The position numbers and the translations under genes are program-made. This document shows positions 1 through 8,898 of a stretch of DNA of 19,170 nucleotides, piece after piece; position 1 is the first letter of the stretch; each line of letters starts with the position of its first letter. This stretch comes from Escherichia coli (lineage in GTDB: Bacteria; Pseudomonadota; Gammaproteobacteria; Enterobacterales; Enterobacteriaceae). The notes under the pieces were generated by a model. It was not told where the DNA came from. It searched no databases and saw only the letters and a list, made by a program, of their open reading frames with translations. The stretch is taken from the NCBI RefSeq assembly GCF_003334255.1, contig NZ_QOWU01000071.1; one strand, 5' to 3'.

Positions 1-265
1 TATTTTCCGAATGCATAATGACCTCCTCTGGAATATCCCACCAATGCTATAGTGAGTATATAAAGGTCATACCATCTACGTGTTCTTCGGTAGCGATCAC
101 GGCGGCGAGCGTGGTGCACTGTTGTACGGGCTGATCGGCACCTGCCGGTTGAATGGTATCGATCCGGAAGCGTATCTGCGCCATATCCTGAGCGTACTGC
201 CGGAATGGCCTTCCAACCGAGTTGACGAACTCCTGCCATGGAACGTAGTACTCACTAATAAATAA
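1..265 (+). CDS. IS66-family transposase, C-terminal fragment (5' end outside window)
   Basis: Translation ...GALLYGLIGTCRLNGIDPEAYLRHILSVLPEWPSNRVDELLPWN... matches the conserved C-terminal region of IS66-family transposases; reading frame is open to the window edge. Confidence 0.8.
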
Positions 266-296
266 GCGTCAATACGGTGCTCCATTGACGCTTACA
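1..296 (+). mobile_element. IS66-family insertion sequence, 3' end only (window begins inside the element)
   Basis: Transposase C-terminal ORF ends at 265. 266-296 holds an 8-bp-stem hairpin (GCGTCAAT...ATTGACGC) and ends ...CGCTTAC, i.e. GTAAGCG on the other strand, which I recall as the IS66-type terminus. Exact boundary is inferred. Confidence 0.6.
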
Positions 297-492
297 AATA
301 TCCGGGATATTGCAGGCAAATGTAGTCCATCTGCACCTTTGATGTGCAGTCCATCACCCGTTTAAACGCCTCCATGTAGTCATAACAGCCCTGCAATAAT
401 TGCGCGTCACCATCCTCAGTCAGAGGAAACCGGCTGGCGTAGTCATGAACTATTTTTGCCAGTTGTTGCTGCTCTGTGGTTAAGTCGATCAT
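292..492 (-). CDS. Hypothetical small protein (66 aa), translationally coupled downstream of tnpR
   Basis: ATGA start/stop overlap with tnpR (ATG at 492-490, tnpR stop at 491-489). Its stop codon lies inside the putative IS66 terminus, so the C-terminus may be altered. No family recognised. Confidence 0.45.
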   Translation of the reverse strand: MIDLTTEQQQLAKIVHDYASRFPLTEDGDAQLLQGCYDYMEAFKRVMDCTSKVQMDYICLQYPGYL

Positions 493-1064
493 TTTTGTCC
501 TCGTGAAAGCGTTCTATAAACTGTTGGCCGCGACACTGCGAACAGATCCGCCAGATCGCTGATCGAGTACTGGCCGGTTTCCCGCATGCGGCACAACTCT
601 TTTTGCTGCTTTTCAGACAGCTTAGGTTGTTTTCCCCGCAGTTTTCCCTTTGCCCGCGCAATCGCCATCCCTTCCCGGGTACGCAGACGTATCAGATCGC
701 CCTCAAACTCAGCAAAAGTGGCCAGCACATTGAAAAACATCTTCCCCACAGGGTCTGCTGGGTCGTAGAGACTGGTTCCCAGCGCCAGCTTCACACCCCT
801 GGCCTGTAGTGCATCCGCTATCTCACGTGCGTCAGGAACTGACCGCGCCAGACGGTCAAGCTTGGGAACAACCAGCGTGTCACCGCTGCGCACAGCGGCC
901 AGCGCCTGATCCAGTCCGGGCCGTTGCCGGTTTGAGCCGGTCAGCCCTTTATCAAGGTAAATCCGGTCCGGGGAGACGCCAAGTCTGACCAGCGTTTCCT
1001 GCTGTGCGGTTAAATCCTGTTTATCAGTAGAGCATCGGGCATACCCGATCCGTATTTCAGGCAT
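489..1064 (-). CDS. tnpR: Tn3-family serine recombinase (resolvase)
   Basis: 191 aa; N-terminal catalytic region IRIGYARCSTDKQDL, DRLARS motif, C-terminal helix-turn-helix (SISDLADLFAVSRPTVYR); divergent from tnpA as in Tn3-family transposons. Confidence 0.9.
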   Translation of the reverse strand: MPEIRIGYARCSTDKQDLTAQQETLVRLGVSPDRIYLDKGLTGSNRQRPGLDQALAAVRSGDTLVVPKLDRLARSVPDAREIADALQARGVKLALGTSLYDPADPVGKMFFNVLATFAEFEGDLIRLRTREGMAIARAKGKLRGKQPKLSEKQQKELCRMRETGQYSISDLADLFAVSRPTVYRTLSRGQK

Positions 1065-1212
1065 AAATGTGTACGTTTAAGGGGCCATGAAAGAGATTGA
1101 TACCGTACCAGTTATATGAGACAACGTCAGCAGTGATTTTCTCTGAAGCGCAAATTTAATTTTTACCGTCCGCAGAGCGATCCTCTTACGGACATGATTA
1201 ATCGGGGTCAGG
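1065..1212. promoter_or_regulatory. res-like region with divergent tnpR/tnpA promoters
   Basis: 148-bp intergenic region between divergent tnpR and tnpA containing inverted half-sites (GTCCG...CGGAC); position fits a resolution site. Subsites not mapped. Confidence 0.45.
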
Positions 1213-4200
1213 ATGACAACGCGTGGCAAAGCTACAGGCAAAAGTGAACGGCTGGCGGTTTTAAATAGCGCCGAGCAGGAGGCACTGTATGGTCTTCCTG
1301 ATTTCGATGATGCACAGCGACTGGAATTCCTGGCGCTGGAGGAATCAGAACTGGCGCTGGCCTGTAGTCGTCAGGGTCTTCACGCTCAAATTTATTGCAT
1401 CCTTCAGATCGCTTACTTTAAAGCCAAACACCTGTTTTTCCGCTTCGGATGGGGTGATGTTAAGGACGACAGTAACTTTGTGCTGAGCCGTTATTTTCAG
1501 GGTGAATCACTTCCGGAGCTGACTCTCACCAGGCACGAGCGCTATGCTCAACGCGAAAAAATCTGCTCACTGTACGGTTACCAACCGTGGTCATCTTCTC
1601 TGTCGCCACAGCTTGAACAGCAGGCAGCCAACATTGTTCACCGGGATGTAACCCCCGGCTTTGTTGCCACGGAGCTGATTATCTGGCTCAACGAACATAA
1701 AATTATCCGCCCCGGTTATACCACGCTTCAGGAGCTGGTAAGCCGGGTCCTTTCTGAAGAAAGGCAGCGTCTGGGACGTATACTGACGGAACAGCTTGAT
1801 GATGCAACTATTGCTGACCTGGGCAGACTGACTGAACGTGATGATACCCTTTCCCGGCTCGCAATCCTCAGGCAGGATGCGCGTGACTTTGGCTGGCGCC
1901 AGATGGTTCACGAACGGGAAAAGCGGGCTATCCTGGAGCCGCTGCACCATAAAGCCTGCGATATTTTGCCAGCACTGAATATTTCGCAGCAAAACCTGCT
2001 GTACTACGCCAGTCTGGCAAATTTCTATACCGTTTACGATCTCCGCAACCTGAAACCGGAGCAGACCCGCCTTTACCTGTTGTGTTATGCCTGGGTTCGC
2101 TATCGCCAGTTCAGTGACAACCTGGTGGATGCGATGTTTTTCCATATGAAACAGCTTGAGGATGAGAGCCGCAGCGTGGCCAGCCAACTCATGGCTGATA
2201 TGCAGGAAAAATACCGGCGCGAAACGTCTAAAATCGGGCGTCTGCTGTCGCTTTATGTTGATGACAGCGTTCCTGACCCCACCACCTTTGGTGAAGTCCG
2301 CCGCCGGGCCTGGAAAATAATGCCCAGGGAGACGCTGAAAACTACAGCACAACGTATGAGCGTGAAGCCCGTCAGCAGACTGGCGCTACAGTGGCAGGCC
2401 GTGGATGGCATGACGGCATTAATACGGCGTCACCTGCGACCATTATATCTTTCACTCGATCTCACCAGCGTGGTCCGGGACAGCCCGTGGGCAGAGGCGC
2501 TTAACTGGCTCAGAACGGTGTTCAGCAAAAAACAGACGCTTTTGCAGCGGCCACTTGAGGAGTGCCCGCAGGTAACGTTACCTGCGCGGCTGCGCCCGTA
2601 CCTGCTGGAATTCGGTGAGGATGGTGAGCCCACAGGCCTGAATGCCGGGCGTTATGAGTTCTGGCTCTATCGTCAGATAAGAAAGCGTTTTCAGGCGGGA
2701 GAATTCCACCTCAATAATAGCCTCCGGCACCGCCATCTTTCTGATGAACTGGTACCGGAAGGGGAACAGGCCACAGTGCTGGCTGAAATGAACATCCCGT
2801 TCCTGCAGAAGCCCATTAAAACACAGCTAAAAAAACTGGCATCCGAGCTGCACCGACAGTGGAAAGTGTTTAACCGTGAGCTGAAACAGGGGAAACTGAA
2901 ACATCTGGAATACGATAAAGAAACGCAGAAGCTGACCTGGCATAAATCGGTGGCCAGCCGTTATAAGTCGCAGAATAAGCGTTTTTATGAGCAACTGCCA
3001 TTCTGCGATGTGACCGACGTCTTCCGCTTTGTTAACGGGCAGTGTCGATTTCTTCCCGCCATGAAGCCGCTGCAACCCCGTTACGCCAAAAAAGAAGCTG
3101 ATGTAGACAGTCTGATGGCGGTCATCGTTGCCCAGGCGATGAACCATGGCAACCATGTGATGGCGCGAACCAGCGATATACCATTCCATGTGCTGGAGAC
3201 CACGTACGAACAGTACCTTCGTCTGGCGTCTCTGCTCACGGCCAATGACTGTATAACCGATGCTATAGAAGCGCTACCGGTTTTTCCGCTCTATTCGTTT
3301 GATCCGGAGACGCTTTATGGAGCTGTTGACGGGCAAAAATTTGGTGTTGAACGTCCGACAGTGAAAGCACGGTATTCACGTAAATATTTTGGTCGTGGTA
3401 AAGGCATGGTGGCCTACACGCTGCTGTGCAACCACATTCCAGTCAACGGATACCTGATTGGCACAAACGACTACGAAGGCCATCATGTATTTGACATCTG
3501 GTACCGCAATACCTCAGCAGTGAAACCCACGGCCATTACCGGTGACATGCACAGCATCAACAAAGCCAACTTTGCGATCCTGCACTGGTTTGGCCTTCGC
3601 TTTGAACCCCATTTTACTGGCCTTAACAAACAACTTCAGGAACTGTACTGCACCAGAGACACGTCAGCATATAAAAAATGCCTGATCCAGCCTGCCGGTC
3701 AGATTGACCTGGACCTTATCACCCGCGAAAAAAGTAATCTTAATCGCATCGTCGCTACGCTGGGGCTAAAAGAAATGACGCAGGGAACGCTGATCCGTAA
3801 GTTATGTACATATACTACGGCCAGCCCGACAAGACAGGCGGTATTTGAATACGATCGGCTGGTTCGCAGCATTTACACGCTGAAGTATCTGCGTGACCCG
3901 CAACTGGAACGCAATATCCGTCGTTCCCAGAACCGCATTGAATCTTATCACCAGCTGCGTGCAGCAGTCGCCAAAGTCGGCGGCAAGAAGGAGTTAACAG
4001 GGAAAAATGACATTGAAACGGACATCAGTAATCAGTGCGGACGGTTGATCTCCAACGCGATCGTTTATTACAACTCCGCGATCCTGTCACGGTTACTGGA
4101 ACGGCTGGAAGCCGAAGGTAACGAAAGGGGCATAGAGACTCTGACCCGGATATCGCCGGTGGCCTGGCAGCACATTTTGCTGAACGGGCATTATACATTT

Positions 4201-4260
4201 CAGAACACTAATGAAATTATTGACCTGGATGCTCTGGTTGTCGGACTAAAACTGGGGTAA
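1213..4260 (+). CDS. tnpA: Tn3-family DDE transposase
   Basis: 1015-aa ORF, the typical size for Tn3-family TnpA; stop codon lies inside the terminal inverted repeat as in Tn3. Confidence 0.92.
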   Translation: MTTRGKATGKSERLAVLNSAEQEALYGLPDFDDAQRLEFLALEESELALACSRQGLHAQIYCILQIAYFKAKHLFFRFGWGDVKDDSNFVLSRYFQGESLPELTLTRHERYAQREKICSLYGYQPWSSSLSPQLEQQAANIVHRDVTPGFVATELIIWLNEHKIIRPGYTTLQELVSRVLSEERQRLGRILTEQLDDATIADLGRLTERDDTLSRLAILRQDARDFGWRQMVHEREKRAILEPLHHKACDILPALNISQQNLLYYASLANFYTVYDLRNLKPEQTRLYLLCYAWVRYRQFSDNLVDAMFFHMKQLEDESRSVASQLMADMQEKYRRETSKIGRLLSLYVDDSVPDPTTFGEVRRRAWKIMPRETLKTTAQRMSVKPVSRLALQWQAVDGMTALIRRHLRPLYLSLDLTSVVRDSPWAEALNWLRTVFSKKQTLLQRPLEECPQVTLPARLRPYLLEFGEDGEPTGLNAGRYEFWLYRQIRKRFQAGEFHLNNSLRHRHLSDELVPEGEQATVLAEMNIPFLQKPIKTQLKKLASELHRQWKVFNRELKQGKLKHLEYDKETQKLTWHKSVASRYKSQNKRFYEQLPFCDVTDVFRFVNGQCRFLPAMKPLQPRYAKKEADVDSLMAVIVAQAMNHGNHVMARTSDIPFHVLETTYEQYLRLASLLTANDCITDAIEALPVFPLYSFDPETLYGAVDGQKFGVERPTVKARYSRKYFGRGKGMVAYTLLCNHIPVNGYLIGTNDYEGHHVFDIWYRNTSAVKPTAITGDMHSINKANFAILHWFGLRFEPHFTGLNKQLQELYCTRDTSAYKKCLIQPAGQIDLDLITREKSNLNRIVATLGLKEMTQGTLIRKLCTYTTASPTRQAVFEYDRLVRSIYTLKYLRDPQLERNIRRSQNRIESYHQLRAAVAKVGGKKELTGKNDIETDISNQCGRLISNAIVYYNSAILSRLLERLEAEGNERGIETLTRISPVAWQHILLNGHYTFQNTNEIIDLDALVVGLKLG

Positions 4261-4292
4261 CGGAAATTTCGGCGGTTCCGGCGTAGAACCCC
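4255..4292. repeat. 38-bp terminal inverted repeat of the Tn3-family transposon (tnpA-proximal end)
   Basis: Reverse complement reads GGGGTTCTACGCCGGAACCGCCGAAATTTCCGTTACCC (outer GGGG, inner end overlapping the tnpA stop). No matching second copy found in 1-500. Confidence 0.7.
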
Positions 4293-4909
4293 ATATCGCT
4301 CTTACTAGGGGAGCAGTAAACCAAAAATGAAAAGTATTATTAAAGAGAACGTTGGCAGGAGCAGAGGTAGTGACAGAATCACCAAATCCCTGTCAATATG
4401 TGATTTTTTGTTCTTAACGTGGTATCTGAAATTCACTCGTTTATCCGTTTTCACATAACACCTGCCATTTGCTTTACCTGGCCTCTTAAGTTGTATGAGG
4501 CATAATTTATTCCAGACAATATTTTATGGCCACTTTTAACCTGTGCCATTTATTACCTCGTCATTATATCGTCACCAGGATATGCCGCGTCAGCGGCATG
4601 GAAGGCGGCACGCTGTGGTTACATGTGATACCGGAGTAAAACCGCCGAAGCCCGGCGTCAGCCGGTACGGATTGATAGATTTCACCTTACCCATCCCCAG
4701 CCCTGCCAGACCATATCCGCTTTCAGCCATGACAGAGCTTCTGTGCGCGGTCGGAGTGGTCCCGACGAGGGTTTACCCGAAGTCGGGGCGTATCTCCGCG
4801 TTAGCGGGCCGTCAGGGCCGCTTACGAGCGTGTACTCGATACGTCCAGCCAGAAGACTGGCAGCGATGACAATGTAGTTACAACATTCATAATTAAAAGC
4901 GATGTTGTT

Positions 4910-4941
4910 CCCGCCCTTCGGGCGGGGGCGGCCTCGCTTTT
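4910..4941. other. GC-rich hairpin (7-bp stem CCCGCCC/GGGCGGG, 3-nt loop) followed by a short T-run
   Basis: Seen directly at 4910-4926, T-run at 4938-4941; function unknown, lies between the transposon end and the origin region. Confidence 0.3.
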
Positions 4942-5079
4942 CAGTTATGAGGGGTGGGCACGGTGCTGCGTTTGTGTGGTGTTTTTATTCCTGATGTCTT
5001 TTTGCTGTGGTTTCAGCGGTGAGGTTCGGGGCCCGCGCGTCAGCGTGGGAGGTGCATATCAGTCTGTCCACAGGACAGG

Positions 5080-5280
5080 CATTGAACAGGTTTTCTTTTT
5101 AAATGGAAGTAATTAAGTAGTTTAAAGGAAATACAGTACTGGAGTTTAAAAGAAACATTGCACCCTGTAACGCCTGCGGCTGGCGCTTTATAGCATTAAC
5201 GGTTGTAACCTTATGGAGAAGTCCCTTGCAGTTAAATGTGGATAAACAGAATTACCCGTCTGTGAGACGTGTTTTGCGTG
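5080..5280. promoter_or_regulatory. IncFII-type replication origin region (oriR) candidate
   Basis: AT-rich stretch at 5090-5160 and a consensus DnaA box TGTGGATAA at 5237-5245, about 175 bp downstream of the repA stop, the position of oriR in R1/R100-type replicons. Confidence 0.45.
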
Positions 5281-5420
5281 AAAAACAGGGGGAGCATGAT
5301 GAGCCGGAAGGCAGATGATGAGGCTGTTTTTTGTGTGCTGTGCTGCTTTTTTGTGCGTCGCCGGGCTTCAGACGTGCGGAAGCCTCCGGCGCAGGCCGGA
5401 TTATTCAGATGAGGTCAAAC

Positions 5421-6293
5421 TCAGGGTGAGGCAGTGGCCAGCCGTGTGTAGTTGTTGTTCCGCGACATTATCATGCGCTCCTTCACGCGACGGTCGATTT
5501 CGCGCTTCACGGCTTCCAGGCTTCCCCGGAAACGCCCTTCCGCAATTTCACGCGTCAACTGCCGTTTCACCAGGGTGACAATGTCCTGACGGGTCCGGCC
5601 CGCATCACGGCGCGCACGGGCACGTTTCATGCCGTGGGCCTTGCGCTCTGCCTGGTAACTGCGGAAACGCTCGCGCACAAAACGCCAGGCTCTCGCTATC
5701 AGTTCATCCATACCCAGCGCATCCAGCCCCTGCTTTTTGCGCAGCTTGTTTTCCCATTCCACGCGGCTGCGGCGTGCGGAAGCCACCGCCTCTTCAGAGA
5801 TATCGAGTGAGGCAAACAGTGCCGGCGTGAACGTGATGTCGGTCGGAATGTTACAGCCAATTGTCGGGTCGTATTCCGTCTGGTAGGTCATCAGCCCCAG
5901 CTCAGCCAGGAACTTCAGGGCACGGGTGGCACGGGTGATGGAGAGTTTCCCGGCCTCAGACTCCGTCGCCAGTCCGCACTCAATGGCCAGCGTGGTGATG
6001 GAGCACTGCACGCGGTTGGCCAGCGGGTCATAGTGGAAACACAGCCCCTGCAGCAGCGCATCAATCGCCCTTCGGCGCAGCACTGGCGGCATACGCCGGC
6101 GCAGGCCGCGCGAACGTGCATACGCCACATGCGCGGCAAAATCAAAACGGGAGGTGAAGCCCACGGCCTTTTCCATCAGTTTTTCGCAGAACTTCAGCGT
6201 TCCGGCATCTTCACGGGGTGTGAAGACCGGATTCGGGTTCTTTACCTGACGGTATGTGCTTTCAGTAAATGAGGTCTGGTTCAGGGCCGCCAC
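5421..6293 (-). CDS. repA: IncFII-type replication initiator RepA (RepA1)
   Basis: 290 aa; [86 protein letters not shown] and the C-terminus RLATASP match R1/R100 RepA1 as I recall it, along the whole length. GTG start. Confidence 0.92.
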   Translation of the reverse strand: MAALNQTSFTESTYRQVKNPNPVFTPREDAGTLKFCEKLMEKAVGFTSRFDFAAHVAYARSRGLRRRMPPVLRRRAIDALLQGLCFHYDPLANRVQCSITTLAIECGLATESEAGKLSITRATRALKFLAELGLMTYQTEYDPTIGCNIPTDITFTPALFASLDISEEAVASARRSRVEWENKLRKKQGLDALGMDELIARAWRFVRERFRSYQAERKAHGMKRARARRDAGRTRQDIVTLVKRQLTREIAEGRFRGSLEAVKREIDRRVKERMIMSRNNNYTRLATASP

Positions 6294-6370
6294 AAGCTGT
6301 CGCTTATGGCGGGCACAGAATGCCGTGCGTTAATGCACTGCAAGGGGTTGAATCTCTGACACGGTTTCAT
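6281..6370 (-). CDS. Leader-peptide ORF (29 codons) overlapping the repA start (tap/repA6-like)
   Basis: ATG at 6370-6368; stop TGA at 6283-6281 lies 10 nt inside repA, as in IncFII translational coupling. Peptide sequence itself not recognised. Confidence 0.4.
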   Translation of the reverse strand: MKPCQRFNPLQCINARHSVPAISDSLWRP

Positions 6371-6456
6371 ATATACTTATCCCGTATTCTGTGAGGCCCC
6401 CACTATCTTTCTTGAGCCCGCCAAAGTTCATCGAAAGATAGTGGGGGTTTTCCTTT
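6365..6456 (+). ncRNA. CopA-like antisense RNA (5' end uncertain)
   Basis: Plus-strand hairpin with 15-bp stem CCCCCACTATCTTTC/GAAAGATAGTGGGGG (6396-6447) followed by TTTTCCTTT; antisense to the tap start/RBS region. Possible -35 TTGAAT (6348-6353) and -10 TATACT (6372-6377). Confidence 0.45.
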
Positions 6457-7129
6457 ATGGTCTTCTGAAACTTTTTTCAGCCTTCCGGCCCCGGCAAACA
6501 GCCGTCGTTTCTGCCATACATCCTGAATGCCTTATGGCGCATCCTGCCGTTTTCTGACTTTCCGGATCGCGAGGATCCCAAAAGCCACTGCATAACGATC
6601 CGCAATATACCTCGTTTCCACCGCTTTGAAAAGCCGACATGATTTCTCAGGGTTACAGTTGCCCTCTTTAACTCCCCGAAAAAGCGTCGTTTTTTTGAAC
6701 TCTGTCAAAAAAATGAACAATTCCGCAAACGATCTTTTATGCTGTGTTTTTCATCATTTTTAGTAGAAGAGATCGCGTTATTTTTTTAAACGATCTAATC
6801 GTCCACAAATCGCATTTGACTCAGAACAATATACTGCTTTATTTGATGTAACAATCTATTCAACTGCTTATTTGGACTATTGCCACATATGCAACCTTGT
6901 GTAGCATGTTTATCAGCCATTAATCCTGTTTGGGTAATTGGCAGTTTTCGCCCGCCTCGAAACTGTCAAAAAGGCTTACAAGAGTGCACAACGCATGTGC
7001 CTGTCAGAACTGCAGGCCGGGCTGAACGAGGGTCAGCCGCTGTTTCCGACACATGCTTTATGTATTCGCCGTTCACAACAACATCGAAGCCCCCCTGCGG
7101 GGATCGATTTTCGCGGAGCGTTCCGGATT

Positions 7130-7636
7130 TTGAATATCAGTGAATTACATCAACGCAACTGGTATCTGGCACAGTACATTGCTGCCGGTAAAAATCGCGA
7201 ACATCTCTTTTCCTGGCTTTCCGAACAACACGTCCTTCCCTGGACACCCCTGATACTGAAAAAGGTCCGCCGTACGGATAAAGTCTGTGGTTACCGTCGT
7301 CATATACACGCCGTGTTTCCCGGTTACTTCTTCCTGAAAGCAGACCCCGAACGCCACGCTTTCACTCACCTGCGCCGTCACAGTGCCTTTCTGGACTTCG
7401 TGAAAATGGCCGGTGAAATCAAAACCGTCAGGGAGGATATCGTTCAGTCCCTGATGAAAGTGTACCCGGATCCTGCGCTCAATCCGGCAGCCAGGGAGGA
7501 GCTGGATGCTGCCTCCACCCTCTGGCTGACAAAAGCGCGTTACCAGTACCTCCTCCGGCTTGATGCACAGCCTCTGCCGGAGTCGAGGATCGCCCTGCTC
7601 CTGCACCTGGTATCTGATGACGGAGCGTTGACATGA
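7130..7636 (+). CDS. NusG/RfaH-paralog (NGN domain) transcription antitermination-like protein; start codon uncertain
   Basis: NWYLAQY...HAVFPGYFFLKADPE...SAFLDFVKMAG aligns by eye with the RfaH N-terminal domain (WYLLYC...EPLFPNYLFVEFDPE...VSHFVRFG). The ORF is open from 6938 (TTG); 7130 TTG follows a GGAG at 7115-7118. No clear KOW motif in the C-terminal part. Confidence 0.65.
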   Translation: MNISELHQRNWYLAQYIAAGKNREHLFSWLSEQHVLPWTPLILKKVRRTDKVCGYRRHIHAVFPGYFFLKADPERHAFTHLRRHSAFLDFVKMAGEIKTVREDIVQSLMKVYPDPALNPAAREELDAASTLWLTKARYQYLLRLDAQPLPESRIALLLHLVSDDGALT

Positions 7637-7663
7637 AAATTGCTGTCTTCATTTGACGACTTT

Positions 7664-7690
7664 CCCGGCCTTTATGGCCGGGCTTTTTTT
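7664..7690 (+). terminator. Intrinsic terminator T1
   Basis: CCCGGCC-TTTAT-GGCCGGG followed by CTTTTTTT. Confidence 0.55.
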
Positions 7691-7696
7691 CCCCAA

Positions 7697-7752
7697 TGCC
7701 CGGCACCGGTGACACCTGCGTGTACGGAGAGCGGCTGCCGGGCATTTTTTTT
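7697..7752 (+). terminator. Intrinsic terminator T2 (long hairpin with 9-bp closing stem) immediately upstream of the next RBS
   Basis: TGCCCGGCA ... TGCCGGGCA followed by eight T; ends 1 nt before the AGGA RBS of the gene at 7765. Confidence 0.5.
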
Positions 7753-7764
7753 CAGGACATCGTT

Positions 7765-8280
7765 ATGACCATTCAATCCCCGGAAAACCCTGTCATTCAG
7801 TTACTGGAGAATATGCTTGAAGCGCTCTCCACCTCCCCGGACAGCATCAACAATGAACGACGTCGCCGGCGCTTCCTGCTGAACTGGCTTGATTCCGCCC
7901 GACAGATGAGTGAGTTCAGGGGGATGCCTGAAGAGTTCACCGCCCTGCGCAAACTGCTGGCCACCAATACGGACATACCGGTAGAGAACACGCTGAAATC
8001 ACTGCTGGAAAGTGGCCACAACGCAGCACTGTATGACCTGTACCGCTTCCGAGCAGCGCTTGCCACGTGCAGGAGTCTGGGATGGCAGATTGGCACGTGC
8101 GCATGGAATGACCAGTTACTGAGTGAGACACTTTCCCGCGCACAGACCGGGAAACGTCATATCCTGCAGCTGAACAGCACCGGGGACACCTTTTCCACCA
8201 CGGGCAGAATGATCAGACCGGTGGCATTTTCATTAATCCATCCGGCCACCATCAACACGTCTGAGGTTGAAGAGATATGA
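7765..8280 (+). CDS. Hypothetical soluble protein (171 aa)
   Basis: ATG at 7765 with AGGA 8 nt upstream; longer ORF from 7696 rejected because its start lies inside terminator T2. ATGA overlap with the next gene. Confidence 0.6.
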   Translation: MTIQSPENPVIQLLENMLEALSTSPDSINNERRRRRFLLNWLDSARQMSEFRGMPEEFTALRKLLATNTDIPVENTLKSLLESGHNAALYDLYRFRAALATCRSLGWQIGTCAWNDQLLSETLSRAQTGKRHILQLNSTGDTFSTTGRMIRPVAFSLIHPATINTSEVEEI

Positions 8281-8810
8281 CCGGCATTGGTAACTGGATA
8301 GTCAGCGTGCTGATTGGATATGCTGCTGGCCCCCTGTGGGCTGCCACCCACCTGGGAACAAGCCAGGACCGGGGAAGCCGGGCCGCTTACGGTTACATCT
8401 ACCTGATAGACAGCATGATCAGACCGCTGGTGATGGTATTCGGGTTCTTTTTTGCATCGGTCTCCATCGTGGCCGGCGGCACCATTCTGAATGCGTTGTT
8501 TGGCGCGGCTCTGGTTAATGTGCAGGCGGACTCCCTTACGGGGTTATTCAGCATCGCTGGATTTTTGCTGATTTATGCCCGAGTCTGTACCACGCTGGTT
8601 GCGGCCGTTTTTGCGCTTCAGGCTTATCTGCCTGACCATGTGATTAATTTTCTGGGCGGACGTGACGGCGTTAATATGCTGGGGAATATGGCATCTTCGG
8701 TCAAAGATATTATTGCTGGCGGAAATACCAATATGCGCAGAACACCTGGCGTACGTGAAGAAAAACTGAAAAATATTAAAGGAGATGATAAAGACGGAAT
8801 AAAACAATAA
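8277..8810 (+). CDS. Hypothetical integral membrane protein (177 aa)
   Basis: Several hydrophobic segments (IVSVLIGYAAGPLWAA, LVMVFGFFFASVSIVAGGTILNALFGAAL, LFSIAGFLLIYARVCTTLVAAVFAL), hydrophilic lysine-rich tail; coupled to upstream gene. Confidence 0.6.
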   Translation: MTGIGNWIVSVLIGYAAGPLWAATHLGTSQDRGSRAAYGYIYLIDSMIRPLVMVFGFFFASVSIVAGGTILNALFGAALVNVQADSLTGLFSIAGFLLIYARVCTTLVAAVFALQAYLPDHVINFLGGRDGVNMLGNMASSVKDIIAGGNTNMRRTPGVREEKLKNIKGDDKDGIKQ

Positions 8811-8850
8811 AATGAAAATATCTAAAAACCAATAAAACAGTATTGCCATA

Positions 8851-8884
8851 TTCACCTGAAGAGATTAAAATATACTCAGGTGAA
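8851..8884. promoter_or_regulatory. Perfect 9-bp inverted repeat (TTCACCTGA / TCAGGTGAA) flanking a TATACT element just upstream of the RBS of the 8899 gene
   Basis: Seen directly; candidate operator or leader hairpin. Confidence 0.3.
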
Positions 8885-8898
8885 TATGGAGGTTTATT

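Larger units (their letters stand above)
297..4292. mobile_element. Tn3-family transposon (tnpR-tnpA core); tnpR-side end not present, apparently replaced or interrupted by IS66
   Basis: tnpR, res-like region, tnpA and one terminal IR are present; the second IR is absent from the window. Confidence 0.7.

Noticed and set aside
1591-2352. 253-aa minus-strand ORF
   Set aside because: Lies entirely antisense within tnpA; typical spurious ORF.
4543-4869. 108-aa plus-strand ORF between the transposon end and the origin region
   Set aside because: Arg/Pro-rich low-complexity translation, no RBS; the region is more likely structured non-coding DNA near oriR.
5915-6272. ORFs of 76 and 79 aa overlapping repA
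   Set aside because: Embedded within or antisense to the well-supported repA reading frame.
6455-6720. Two short overlapping minus-strand ORFs at the position expected for copB
   Set aside because: No resemblance to CopB and no clear RBS; left unannotated and recorded as a finding.
6726-6797. Repeated AACGATCT motifs and three GATC sites within about 70 bp of the leader upstream of the NGN gene
   Set aside because: Could reflect Dam-methylation-sensitive regulation or iteron-like sites, but two short repeats in AT-rich DNA are within chance expectation.
6700-7130. ops element (GGCGGTAG) for RfaH-type recruitment in the leader
   Set aside because: Not found on visual scan of the leader or of the region between the NGN gene and the downstream operon.
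7145-7745. Minus-strand ORFs of 153 and 88 aa
   Set aside because: Antisense to the NGN-domain gene and the terminator region; no supporting signals.
7696-7764. Upstream extension of the 7765 gene to an ATG at 7696
   Set aside because: The ATG lies inside the terminator T2 hairpin and has no RBS; the ATG at 7765 has AGGA at the correct spacing.
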